Below, in pieces: positions 9,483 through 19,014 of a stretch of 64,000 nt of DNA. Position 1 is the first letter of the stretch. The number at the start of each line of letters is the position of its first letter. The DNA is taken from assembly GCA_963555815.3 (NCBI GenBank), contig CAUVWX020000002.1, positions 416,001 to 480,000 of the forward strand, read 5' to 3'. The notes below the pieces were generated by a model that searched no databases, had not been told where the DNA came from, and worked only from the letters and a program-made list of their open reading frames with translations. Origin of the DNA: a bacterium. Its GTDB lineage: Bacteria; UBA8248; JACPRG01; G963555815. The position numbers and the translations under genes are program-made.

Positions 9483-10250
9483 ATCAAACTCACAGTCCTC
9501 GGCACCTATGGGGGTCGCCTTCGCCCTTATCGGCTGACCTCCTTTCTCCTCAACGACTCTATCCTCCTGGACGCAGGGTCAGCGGCCTGGGCCCTTCCCC
9601 TTGCGGCCCAAGCCCGGATAGAGACTCTCCTCCTCACCCACGCCCACCTCGACCACATCGCCGACCTCTGCTTCCTTCTGGACAATACCTTCGGGGAGCG
9701 GACCTCCTCCTTCCGGGTGTGGAGTCTTCCCGCCGTCCTCGAGGCCCTCAGACAAAACATCTTCAACAACCGTATCTGGCCCGATCTCACCTCCATGCAG
9801 ATCAACTCCGCTCCAATCCTGGAGACTTGCCCTCTGACCCCTGGAAAGAAAGTGCAAATTGAGGGGGTTGAAGTCACGGCCCATCCTGTGGACCATGCGG
9901 TCCCCGCCACGGGCTTCCTCATAGAGGGAGAAGGGGGGGCCATCCTCTATACAGGCGATACGGGCCCGACCAACGCCATCTGGGAAGCCGCCCGAGAGGC
10001 GAAAAACCTGAGGGCCATCATTACCGAGATCTCCTTCCCCGACCGGATGGAGGCAGTCGCCCTCAAATCCAAACACTACACTCCGGGGCTCCTTGGGCGG
10101 GAGATCTCCAAGATGCCCCCCGATCTTCCTATCTATCTCTTCCACACAAAGCCTCGATTCCTAGAGGAGGTCCACCGGGAGGTGGCGGCCTTGGGTCTAT
10201 CACGCTTCTTCTGGCTGGAGCAGGATCAGACCTATGAGTTTGGGCCGTAA
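9483..10250 (+). CDS. Class II cAMP phosphodiesterase / metallo-beta-lactamase fold protein
   Basis: THAHLDHIADL, HAVP, YTGDTG, EISFP, SKHYTP, FHTKP; the expected start position holds ATC rather than ATG. Confidence 0.82.
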   Translation: MKLTVLGTYGGRLRPYRLTSFLLNDSILLDAGSAAWALPLAAQARIETLLLTHAHLDHIADLCFLLDNTFGERTSSFRVWSLPAVLEALRQNIFNNRIWPDLTSMQINSAPILETCPLTPGKKVQIEGVEVTAHPVDHAVPATGFLIEGEGGAILYTGDTGPTNAIWEAAREAKNLRAIITEISFPDRMEAVALKSKHYTPGLLGREISKMPPDLPIYLFHTKPRFLEEVHREVAALGLSRFFWLEQDQTYEFGP

Positions 10251-10262
10251 GGAGGACCTCCG

Positions 10263-10883
10263 TTGAGCACGGACAACCGCTTTCGGGAAGATGAGTGCGA
10301 GTTCATCTCCGACCGGGCCTTTTTCGAGCGGAAGCTCGTCATCACCGAAAAAATCCGGGGCATCTACTCCGACCTTCGGGATCACATGAAAGAGGCCTTT
10401 CGCCCTGAGGCGTATCTGGTCCCGGCTGGAGTGGATTACAGCAAGGGAAAATTGAGCGGAGGCGATCATCACTTCGATCTCCCCTATGTCTATCTCGATT
10501 TTCCCCGCCTGTTCTCCCGCGAGGCCACCTTCGCATACCGGTCCATCTTCTGGTGGGGGCATCACTTCCTCTTCACATTGCTCCTGACCGGTGACCTATT
10601 GGAGGGCTATCGCGAGAGGTTCCTCCGGGGGATGGACCCACTCTTGGACCGAGGGGATTTCATCGCCACCTCCCTCGACCTCTGGGAATGGCGACAGGGG
10701 GAGGAAAACGTCCAGCCCATCACCGCGATGAACCGAGCGAGAGTCGCAGACGTCGCGGGGCAGCACCCCTTCCTGAAGCTCATCCGGTTCATCCCCTTTG
10801 ATCACCCGACCCTCAGCCGCGGGACCCTCGCCAAGGAGGGGCTAGAGACCTTCCAGGCCTGGGAGTTCATCTTCCGCCGGTGA
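10263..10883 (+). CDS. Conserved hypothetical protein
   Basis: Strong RBS AGGAGG; GKLSGG..LPYVYLDFPRLF..FAYRSIFWWGH motif. Confidence 0.75.
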   Translation: MSTDNRFREDECEFISDRAFFERKLVITEKIRGIYSDLRDHMKEAFRPEAYLVPAGVDYSKGKLSGGDHHFDLPYVYLDFPRLFSREATFAYRSIFWWGHHFLFTLLLTGDLLEGYRERFLRGMDPLLDRGDFIATSLDLWEWRQGEENVQPITAMNRARVADVAGQHPFLKLIRFIPFDHPTLSRGTLAKEGLETFQAWEFIFRR

Positions 10884-10960
10884 CGGGGGCCCCCGGGGAT
10901 GTTGAGGAACAGGCTCATTGTGGGGGTCCCGGTCAAGTGAGATAAGATTAGGAGGAGCGC

Positions 10961-12061
10961 ATGCCCATCACCGCCGAGTGCATCTTCGAAGAGGATGTGC
11001 CCGTCGGCCAAAGTCTTGCCGCTGACCGCTTCCTCCTCTCATCCTTTTCCCGCCCTGACGGCAGGCAGAGCCCGGTCCTGAGGATTTTTAGCCTGGCGGA
11101 ACCCTGTCTGCTTCTTGGCCGCTACCAACCCCTTCCACCCGGAGTTCGCTGCACAAGCACTGGGGCCACCCTCCTCCAGCGGCGATGGACAGGAGGGCGC
11201 GCCGTCCCAGGCGGGCCGGGCTTCCTTGGGGTTTCCCTTGTCCTACCAGCGCCGTGGGACCTTTTGACGGACCCTTCCCGCCACCTGCCCCCTGAGCTTG
11301 TCCTGAACCGGTACGTCCGCGGGGTGTTGCGGGGCCTTCATCTCATCGGAGTGCCGCGGGCGGCCTATCCTGGTCAGGATGTCCTCACGGTGGAGCGAAG
11401 GAGGATCGCCCTCGTCGCCTTCACCCTCGAGGAGTCAGGGGCTGTCCTCTTTGAGTGTCAGCTCGCCCTCTCCGAGGATTTTGGCCTTTTAGAGGAACGG
11501 CTCCAGGGCTTAGATGAACAGCTCCTTTCCTCCGGCTACTACCTCCCCCACCCCCTCCCCACCTCTGTCGTCTCCGAAAAGAGTGAAGGTGTCTCCTCGA
11601 GCGAAGCCATGGCCGCTATCCGAAGGGGGATGGAAGAGCGCTTGGGGCTTCAGTTCACCGAGCGGTCCTGGAGAGAGGAGGAGCTCAGAGAGATACGTCG
11701 CGTTCGGGAAGAAATTGTGGATCAGGAGGAATGGGTCGCCGATCGGCGCCCCGGCCCAAGCCTAACAACCGAGGCGGCGGCCGAGATTCAGCTCGGCCTC
11801 CTGACGGTTTTTGTTTCCCTGGGAGACGGTGGCAAGATCCAGTCTCTAATGATGTCGGGGGATTTCCTCTCCCGGGATTCCACGGTCCGGGCACTGGAGG
11901 AAAACCTTCGCGGGCAACCCAGCGAGTGGCGCAGGCTCGGGCAGATCACCGACCAAGTGCTGAACCAACCCCTTCATTTCATCCTGGGCCTGGGAAACAG
12001 AAAGGTGATCCCGGACACGATTCTCAAGGCGGTCGGAAGGGCTTCCTCCCCCCGGGCCTAA
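10961..12061 (+). CDS. Lipoate-protein ligase A family protein (atypical)
   Basis: LLGRYQ, RRWTGGRAV, C-terminal LplA domain (SGDFL); RBS AGGAGG. Confidence 0.75.
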   Translation: MPITAECIFEEDVPVGQSLAADRFLLSSFSRPDGRQSPVLRIFSLAEPCLLLGRYQPLPPGVRCTSTGATLLQRRWTGGRAVPGGPGFLGVSLVLPAPWDLLTDPSRHLPPELVLNRYVRGVLRGLHLIGVPRAAYPGQDVLTVERRRIALVAFTLEESGAVLFECQLALSEDFGLLEERLQGLDEQLLSSGYYLPHPLPTSVVSEKSEGVSSSEAMAAIRRGMEERLGLQFTERSWREEELREIRRVREEIVDQEEWVADRRPGPSLTTEAAAEIQLGLLTVFVSLGDGGKIQSLMMSGDFLSRDSTVRALEENLRGQPSEWRRLGQITDQVLNQPLHFILGLGNRKVIPDTILKAVGRASSPRA

Positions 12062-12063
12062 GT

Positions 12064-13068
12064 CTAAGGGGCAACCTTGGGGGGCTGGGATTTTTGGAAA
12101 TGCTCGATCACGGAGCGCAGAGTAGATTCGAGGTCCATCTGGGGCTCATAGCCCACCAGGGCCCCGATCTTTCCAAGGTCAGGGACCCGCCGTTTCATGT
12201 CCTCGAACCCTTCCCCATACGCCTCCTCATAGGGAACGGACACGATGGGCGAAGAGCTCCCCGTCATGGCCTTCACCTTTTTGGCCAGATCCTCAATCGC
12301 GATCTCTGCCGGGTTGCCGAGATTGAAGACCTCACCCACAGCGTCCTGGTGGTCCATCAACGTCATCATCCCCCAGACGGTGTCTGACACATGGCAAAAG
12401 CATCGAGTTTGACGGCCATCTCCAAACACCCGGATGGGCTCGCCCGCCAGCGCCTGCTGGACGAAGCGGGGGATGACCATCCCGTACTCCCCGGTCTGCC
12501 GGGGCCCCACGGTGTTGAAGAACCGAATGATGACGACCCGAAGCCCCCTGTCTCGATAGTAGGCCAGGGCCAGGAACTCATCCAGGGTCTTTGTGTTGGC
12601 GTAGGCCCACCTCTGCTTTTTCACTGAGCCCATCACGCGGTCGTGATCCTCGCCGAGAGGGCCCGAGCTGTTCTTTCCGTATATCTCCGAGGTTGAGGCG
12701 ATCATAACCTTGCAGTTGAAGCGACTGGCCACCTGGAGGATGATCTCCGTCCCGCGAACGTTCGTCTCAATGGTCTCAAGGGGCCGTTCCATGATGAGAC
12801 GCACCCCAACGGCGGCCGCCAGGTGGTAAATCTGCTCACACGGCTCCGCCAACCTCTCTATCAGATCGAGGTCTGTGACAGACCCTTTCGTTAGCTGAAG
12901 ATTGGGGTGGGAAAGAAGGTGAGAGATGTTCTCGGGCGTCCCCGTGGAGAGATTGTCAACGATGGAGACCTCGTCCCCCCTCTGAAGCAAGGCTTCGGTC
13001 AGGTGGGAGCCGATGAACCCAGCGCCCCCTGTGATGAGGATCCTCAAATAGGGTTCTCCCCCTCTCAA
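12064..13068 (-). CDS. NAD-dependent nucleotide-sugar epimerase/dehydratase
   Basis: ITGGAGFIGSH, HLAAAVGV, ASTSEIYG, YANTK, RFFNTVGPRQ. Confidence 0.93.
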   Translation of the reverse strand: MRGGEPYLRILITGGAGFIGSHLTEALLQRGDEVSIVDNLSTGTPENISHLLSHPNLQLTKGSVTDLDLIERLAEPCEQIYHLAAAVGVRLIMERPLETIETNVRGTEIILQVASRFNCKVMIASTSEIYGKNSSGPLGEDHDRVMGSVKKQRWAYANTKTLDEFLALAYYRDRGLRVVIIRFFNTVGPRQTGEYGMVIPRFVQQALAGEPIRVFGDGRQTRCFCHVSDTVWGMMTLMDHQDAVGEVFNLGNPAEIAIEDLAKKVKAMTGSSSPIVSVPYEEAYGEGFEDMKRRVPDLGKIGALVGYEPQMDLESTLRSVIEHFQKSQPPKVAP

Positions 13069-13137
13069 GGGCCGAAACCCGTGAGAGCGTGCAGCGTAAA
13101 ACAGCGTAATTCCGGAAAAAAGCTTATCCCGAGAAAA

Positions 13138-14358
13138 CTAAGAACTCAAGTAGAGTCTCTTCAGATCATCCACCAAGCGATCCACGTGATAACGATCCCT
13201 CACAAAGGCCCGGCCCGCCTCTGCCTTTCGGGAAGCCCCCTCGGGATCCTCTCCCACCCGCCGAAGGGCCTCCGCCAGAGCGAGGGGGTCGCCAGGGGGG
13301 ATGAGAAGACCCCGCTCGCCGTCCTCCACACCCTCCAAAGACATCTTACGGCCCCCCGGGGACCTCCCCAGAATTTCAGGGACACCTCCGACGGCCGCGG
13401 CCACGATGGGTCTTCGGGCTGCCAGGGCCTCGATGAGGGAGACGGGCGTCCCTTCATTCCTGGAGGTGAGGGCGACGGCGTCCAGGTCAGCGTAAAGAAT
13501 GGGAAGGGCCTCGCGCCATCCCGTGAAGTGGACCCGGCTCTCCAGGCCAAGGCGAACCACCTCCGCCTCAAGTTCTCCCTTTAGCTCTCCGTCTCCCACA
13601 ACGGCAAAATGGGCGTCCATGCCGCTCCCGAGAAGGTTTCGGGCCGCCCGAAAGAAGGTCCTGTGGTCCTTGATAGGGACAAGGCGCCCCACGATCCCCA
13701 CCAAAAGGGCCGAGGCCGGTATCCCCAGCTCGGAACGAAACCTCCCGTCCCGCCCCTCGACTTTGAGAAACGGGTCGAGTTCTAGCCCCAGGGGGACGAC
13801 GGCGATCCGCTCCCGCTTTGCAACGCCCAGGGCCACTAGCTCCTCCCTCAGGGCTGCGCTGAGGGCGATGACCCGCGTCGTAGAGGCCGCCAAAAAACCC
13901 TCGACCACCCGAAAGAGGAGGCTCTTGCACCTCCCGAAGTAACCCCGAAGGACGTGGCCGTGAAAGGTGTGATAGACGAGAAGTTTTGGGCGCCTCGCCG
14001 TCAGGGGTGAAACTCTGTAGAGGAGGGCGGCCAGCCGCCCAAGGGTCCCGGCCTTGGCCGTGTGTGTGTGAAGGACATGAGGGTGTTCCCTCAGCAGAAG
14101 GCGGTAGAGCTTAAAGAAGGCGACGAGGTCATCGAAGAGACTGATCTCCCGACCGAGCTCCCGGATTAAATGGGGCTCAACACCCCGACTTCTGGCAAGC
14201 GGCTCCATGGAGCCCTCCGCTTCCGTCTCTGACCCTTTGACGAGGAGGGTCTGAAAGCTCGCGTCATTCATCCGCTCCGAGAGATAGATCACATGGCGGG
14301 CCGGTCCCCCCACGTTGAGCCGGGCAATCACTCTGAGAATTTTCAGGGGCTCGCTCAT
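13138..14358 (-). CDS. GT4 family glycosyltransferase
   Basis: RLNVGGPA, HTHTAKAG, HTFHGH, SRNEGTPVSLIEA. Confidence 0.93.
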   Translation of the reverse strand: MSEPLKILRVIARLNVGGPARHVIYLSERMNDASFQTLLVKGSETEAEGSMEPLARSRGVEPHLIRELGREISLFDDLVAFFKLYRLLLREHPHVLHTHTAKAGTLGRLAALLYRVSPLTARRPKLLVYHTFHGHVLRGYFGRCKSLLFRVVEGFLAASTTRVIALSAALREELVALGVAKRERIAVVPLGLELDPFLKVEGRDGRFRSELGIPASALLVGIVGRLVPIKDHRTFFRAARNLLGSGMDAHFAVVGDGELKGELEAEVVRLGLESRVHFTGWREALPILYADLDAVALTSRNEGTPVSLIEALAARRPIVAAAVGGVPEILGRSPGGRKMSLEGVEDGERGLLIPPGDPLALAEALRRVGEDPEGASRKAEAGRAFVRDRYHVDRLVDDLKRLYLSS

Positions 14359-14477
14359 CAGAAAAAAGAAGATCCCGCTCGATGACGGTCCGCAAGGAAA
14401 GGAAAAGAAAAGGGGCCGCAGCTCATAGACCTCTGCATACCTGGTCCAGGGTTTTCCAGCAGCATCTCTTTCCTTCT

Positions 14478-14662
14478 CTAACGAAATTCCAGATCCCGCA
14501 CGCGCCCTGGATCAACGGTCTCCAGATTTTTTTCTCTTCAGACGTAACGGGAGGTGTGATGGAGACGGGGGATGCTGTCTCCACTCCAAATCCGGTCTTC
14601 TTCTGAACTTCCCTAAGGGAAACCCCCGAGTGGAGGGATTCCAGCTGAAGCTTGTGGGTCAT
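14478..14662 (-). pseudogene. C-terminal remnant of a CoA-transferase beta subunit (GctB-like)
   Basis: LESLHSGVSLREVQKKTGF...TPPVTSEE, then after a shift at the A7 run LETVDPGRVRDLEF. Confidence 0.55.
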
Positions 14663-14750
14663 TCCCCTAAATACTATTTAGATAATACTATATTTAACAA
14701 TATATTAAATTATTGAAGTAAATGTTACACATCAGGCCATTTATATTCTC

Positions 14751-15542
14751 TCATTTCAACTTCTTCATGATGTCCTCGAGGCCTTTCTCTAATGCATCCC
14801 CATTGACCGGATCCTTCAGATCGATTTTCTGACTGAAATCGGCAGGGGGCTCAAAGAGATCATCCGGCAAAGGGTCTTGGAGGAGCTGCTCCACCAGGCT
14901 CTCGACGGCCAGTTCCCCAACCGGCGTTTGGAAGCGGGCCGTGAACTGGATCACCGTCCCGCCAACCCTTTCCAACTCCTCTATGACGTCCTGGCCCAAA
15001 CTGGGGAGCATATCCTTCGTGAACTCGGCCATCTCCTTTTGGATGGGGTAGAATTCGAGGCCCGCATCCGTGGCCTGGGTGATCCAGAAGTCGCCTGAGA
15101 AATCGCCCCCTTCAACCCGATAGAGCTCGCAGAGAAACCCGCTGATGGTCTGTTGCTGGCCGGTGGGAACCACGTGAAAACCTTCACCTAGGGGCTCCTT
15201 TGCCCCCCCTCCCGTGATCTCTTCCAGATCCTGGATGAGCCCACTCGCAAGCGCTGCTAACCTCTGAAGGGTTTCTAGCGAAATCTCGGTGTAGGTCCTC
15301 TCCTCCGGGTTCAGTTCAATCAGCTTTTTATCGGGGAAGCGGAGGATGGCCACCCGGCCCTGGGCCTGCTCGATGCGGACCATGCCCCCTTTCACATACA
15401 TAATGATCCGCTGCGTCGTTTCGTCGCCCTTCCCTGCTATCGTCCACTTATCCACTTGGTGGACTGTGAGATCGGCCCAAAGGGCCGTTGGTGCGATCCA
15501 GGCCAAAAAAAGCAGGACCAGCACGAGGAGACCCTTTTTCAT
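14751..15542 (-). CDS. Secreted DUF4412-like protein
   Basis: Signal peptide; TGQQQTISGFLCELY, FWIT, DDLFEPPADF motifs. Confidence 0.7.
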   Translation of the reverse strand: MKKGLLVLVLLFLAWIAPTALWADLTVHQVDKWTIAGKGDETTQRIIMYVKGGMVRIEQAQGRVAILRFPDKKLIELNPEERTYTEISLETLQRLAALASGLIQDLEEITGGGAKEPLGEGFHVVPTGQQQTISGFLCELYRVEGGDFSGDFWITQATDAGLEFYPIQKEMAEFTKDMLPSLGQDVIEELERVGGTVIQFTARFQTPVGELAVESLVEQLLQDPLPDDLFEPPADFSQKIDLKDPVNGDALEKGLEDIMKKLK

Positions 15543-15561
15543 CTCTCATCCCTCCTGCGGC

Positions 15562-17193
15562 TCAACTCCCAGCCCCCTCTGTCGATTCAAGTCGCTGCCG
15601 CTCTAGTTGCTTGATGGTCGCCTCCAGGGCCGTTCGCTGATTTTCAGCGTTCAACTCACCAAAGAGGCGCAGGGCTTCGTGGAAGTGACTCAGGGCTTTG
15701 TCCACCTCGCCCAGCTCCGCGTAAACCGTCCCAAGGCTCGCTCCGTTCGCGGCCTGCCCCCACTGGTAGCCGATCTCCCGATTGATCTCGTAGGCTTTCT
15801 CATAGGCCTGCAAGGCCTGCTCGGGTTCCCCGGTCTGAAAGAGAACGTTTGCCAGGTTTCCGAGGCTGTTGGCCTCGCCGCGACGGTTGCCCGTCTCGCG
15901 GTGAAGACTGAGAGCGACCTCGTAATGCTCCTTCGACTGGGCAAAGTCTTTTTCCAGGGCGAAGAGGAGCCCGATGTTGCCAAGGTTAATGGCCTCCTCC
16001 CTGCGGTCTCTAAGTTCTCGGCTCAGCGACAGGGCCTCTTGGCTGAACCCAAGGGCCGCTTTGAGCTCCCCCTGGTCTCGAAGGACCGTGGCCAGCAGCC
16101 GAAGCTCCCGCGCCTGCCTTCCCCGGTCCGGCCCTTGTCGGCACATCTCAAGGGCCTCGCGATGATGCTCGGCGGCCTCGGAGAGAGCACCCTTGGTACG
16201 GCAAAGACGCCCCATCCGACTCAAGATTTCACCCGCACCCTGAAGGTCTTCTCTCCCGCGGTGGACCTCGAGGGCCTCTCCATAGTAGCGGAGGGCTTCC
16301 TCGGTCGAACGCTTGTACGTGGAGAGAAGGGCCAGATTTGTAAAAACCGCCGCCTTCGCCTCGGAGTCATCCTCTGAGAGGGCCACCGCCTCCTGCAGCC
16401 TTCCCTCCGCCTCCTTGGCAAAACCCTGATAGTGGTAGGCAAGGGCCATGAGGTTGAGGGCACGGGCGCGCCCCCCCTCACTCTCAAGGGCCATCTTCGC
16501 CTGGCCAATGGCCAAATCGGCTTTTTGACCGTGATAGGCCAGAACGCCCAGGGCGTACCGTGTCTCTTGAGGGATGGTGGCCCCCTTACGCTCCTCTTCC
16601 TCCACCGAGAGGAGAACTTCTTCGAGGCGCCCATAAAAATCTTCGGGGAGACGGGACATGGGGTCGGAAGAGCCCTCTGCCGTGTCGCCCGCGACATTCC
16701 CGGGCGAAGGCCAGGCGTCCAGGATGGGGGGGCCCTGCAGAGAGAGATCGGTCACCATCGCTGCCGGGCGGCCCAAGACCTCCGGGTCGAGGGGGGCCGT
16801 CTGAGCATCGGGTGTCTGGACAGGGCGCGGCTGACTCACGCGAGGCAGAGGAGGCGGCTCTTTTTGTTTTTGGGGAGGGGTCTCTCCCTCCTCAAGGAGG
16901 CGCGCACTGGAGAAAGCCTCTTCCTCCAAAGGCTCATATTCAACAACCTCGCATCCGGCAAGTTCCATCTCCCTTGAGGGAGGGGGAGAGGAAGGTGCGC
17001 CAGGCGGCGGTGTCGGACTGGCCTGGGGGGTGGGAGGGCGTATCTCCTGCGTGTCCTCATCGCTGATGAGCTCCGTCATGGCCGAGGAATCCTCCGCCTC
17101 GGGCCTTTTGCCCCAACTTCGAGACCAAAAAACGACCAGGATGACAGCGATTCCAAAACCAATGAGGATGGCGGCCAGGAGAAGAGCGCTCAT
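15562..17193 (-). CDS. Membrane-anchored TPR protein with Pro-rich linker
   Basis: N-terminal TM helix, Pro/Glu-rich region, then about 40-aa repeats such as EAINLGNIG and EANSLGNLA. Confidence 0.85.
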   Translation of the reverse strand: MSALLLAAILIGFGIAVILVVFWSRSWGKRPEAEDSSAMTELISDEDTQEIRPPTPQASPTPPPGAPSSPPPSREMELAGCEVVEYEPLEEEAFSSARLLEEGETPPQKQKEPPPLPRVSQPRPVQTPDAQTAPLDPEVLGRPAAMVTDLSLQGPPILDAWPSPGNVAGDTAEGSSDPMSRLPEDFYGRLEEVLLSVEEEERKGATIPQETRYALGVLAYHGQKADLAIGQAKMALESEGGRARALNLMALAYHYQGFAKEAEGRLQEAVALSEDDSEAKAAVFTNLALLSTYKRSTEEALRYYGEALEVHRGREDLQGAGEILSRMGRLCRTKGALSEAAEHHREALEMCRQGPDRGRQARELRLLATVLRDQGELKAALGFSQEALSLSRELRDRREEAINLGNIGLLFALEKDFAQSKEHYEVALSLHRETGNRRGEANSLGNLANVLFQTGEPEQALQAYEKAYEINREIGYQWGQAANGASLGTVYAELGEVDKALSHFHEALRLFGELNAENQRTALEATIKQLERQRLESTEGAGS

Positions 17194-18786
17194 CGAGTCC
17201 TCCCAGCAAACCGAAGGGCCTTTCCAGCCCGCGCTCCCAAATGCTCTCCTGCCTCCACGGTCACCTCTCCATTGACGACCACCATATCGATCCCCTTGGG
17301 ATAGGAAATGGGGGCATCGTAAGTCGCGGTGTCGGCGATCTTGTCTGGGTCAAAGACGACGAGATCGGCCGCCATGCCCTCCCGAATGACCCCTCGATCC
17401 CTGAGTCCAAGCCGTCGGGCTGGGAGTGAAGTCATCTTGGCGATGGCCTGTGCCAGAGGAAAGAGACCCTCCTCCCGCGCATATCGGCCCAGGACGCGGG
17501 GGAAGGTGCCAAACCCCCGGGGATGGGGGTGCCCCTCCCCGAGGGGCCCATAGTGGGCATGGCCCCCGGCGTCGGAGCCGACGAGGACATAGGGGCGAGC
17601 AAGAATGGTCCGAAGGTTCCCCTCATCCATCAAAAAAAGGATGACCTCGACCGTGAGCTTATCATCCACCAGGAGGTCCAGGACGAAATCGATCTCATCC
17701 TTGCCCGCCGAGGCGGCACCCTCCGAAACTTTTTGTCCCTCAAAACTTTTGTTTCTAGGGTTATGGATAAGACAGATGAGGACATCTTCCCAATACCCGG
17801 ACCTAAAAGCCTCCATCTCCTCTCGGATGCGCCTTCGGTCTTCAGGATCCTTCAATCGCTGGAGGGCTCGCCCCTTTCCCCCTTCGTGGGCCCAGTCCGG
17901 CAAGAGGGCGGAGAGGTGCGTGTGGGAGGCGGTGTAGGGATAGGCGGTCGCAGGCCACGTCGACCCCATCGCGAACGGCGGTTTCGATAAGATTGAGGGC
18001 CTGCCCAACCTTGCCCCAGTTTTCCTTCCCCGCGGTCTTGAGGTGAGAGATCTGAAGGGGGGCACCGCTGGCCTTCGAGACGGCGATTACCTCCTCCAGA
18101 GCCTCCAGTAGCCCCTTCCCCTCGCTTCGGATGTGAGTGCTGAGGAAGCCCCCCAAACGGGCTGCCGTGGAGGCCAGGGTGACCAGTTCTTCCCGGGACG
18201 AATAGCATGCCGGTGGATAGACGAGGCCCGTGGAGAGCCCGAAGGCCCCCTCCTGGATGGCCCGGGCCACCCCCTCCGCCATCGCCTGAAGCTCGTCAGA
18301 GGAGGGAGCACGGCTGGCCCCCCCCATGAAAGACGCCCGAAGGGTGTTGTGACCCACTTGGTGGGCATAGTTGACGGAGAGGCCGTCTCGTTCCAATCGC
18401 CCCAGGTATCCCTGAACGTCTTCAAAATCCAGGTCCAGCCCGTAATCGCGCGAATAAGTTTGCCGTCTCTCCTCCAGGGCAGGACCGGCGACGGGAGCGG
18501 CTGAGTAGCCGCAGTTCCCTCCCACCTCAGTGGTCACCCCCTGGCGCACCTTCCCCTCTGCAAGCGGGTTGATGAGAAGGGAGTAATCGGAGTGGGAGTG
18601 GATGTCGATGAACCCTGGACAGAGGGCCCCGCCCCCGAGGGATACCTGCCGAGAGGTTTTTGTCCCGTCAAGGCGCCCTACGGCCGCTATCCGGCCCCCC
18701 TGTATCCCGACATCAGCCCCAAAGGGTTCTCCTCCTCGTCCATCGTAGAGGCTCGCATCTTTAAAGAGGAGATCAAAACGCGCCAA
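17190..18786 (-). pseudogene. N-acyl-D-amino-acid deacylase (D-aminoacylase), one frameshift
   Basis: PGFIDIHSHSD, GNCG, HIRSE, SHLK in one frame; YPYTAS, GSD, HPRGFGTFPRVLG in another; extra base near 17945. Confidence 0.85.
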
Positions 18787-19014
18787 AGGGACTATCTCCC
18801 TGGGGCTTGCCTGGACGAAGGTGGGGAGACCCACGGCGGATTAGCCCCATCTCTCGATCCCACCACCTGCAAAATCTCCCACCAGCGAGAGGATAGTATC
18901 CCATTCAAGAAACCCAGACAACCGCTCCCTTCCAAGTCTTTCTGCCCTCGCGCCACCCCTTTTGAAGAGATCCTCCACAAGGGCTCTCCCACGCAGGACA
19001 CTTTTTTGGGCCCC

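Noticed and set aside
18787..19014. Structured RNA between nagA and the D-aminoacylase
   Set aside because: Only an imperfect GGTGGGAGA/TCTCCCCACC complement; not distinguishable from chance at this GC
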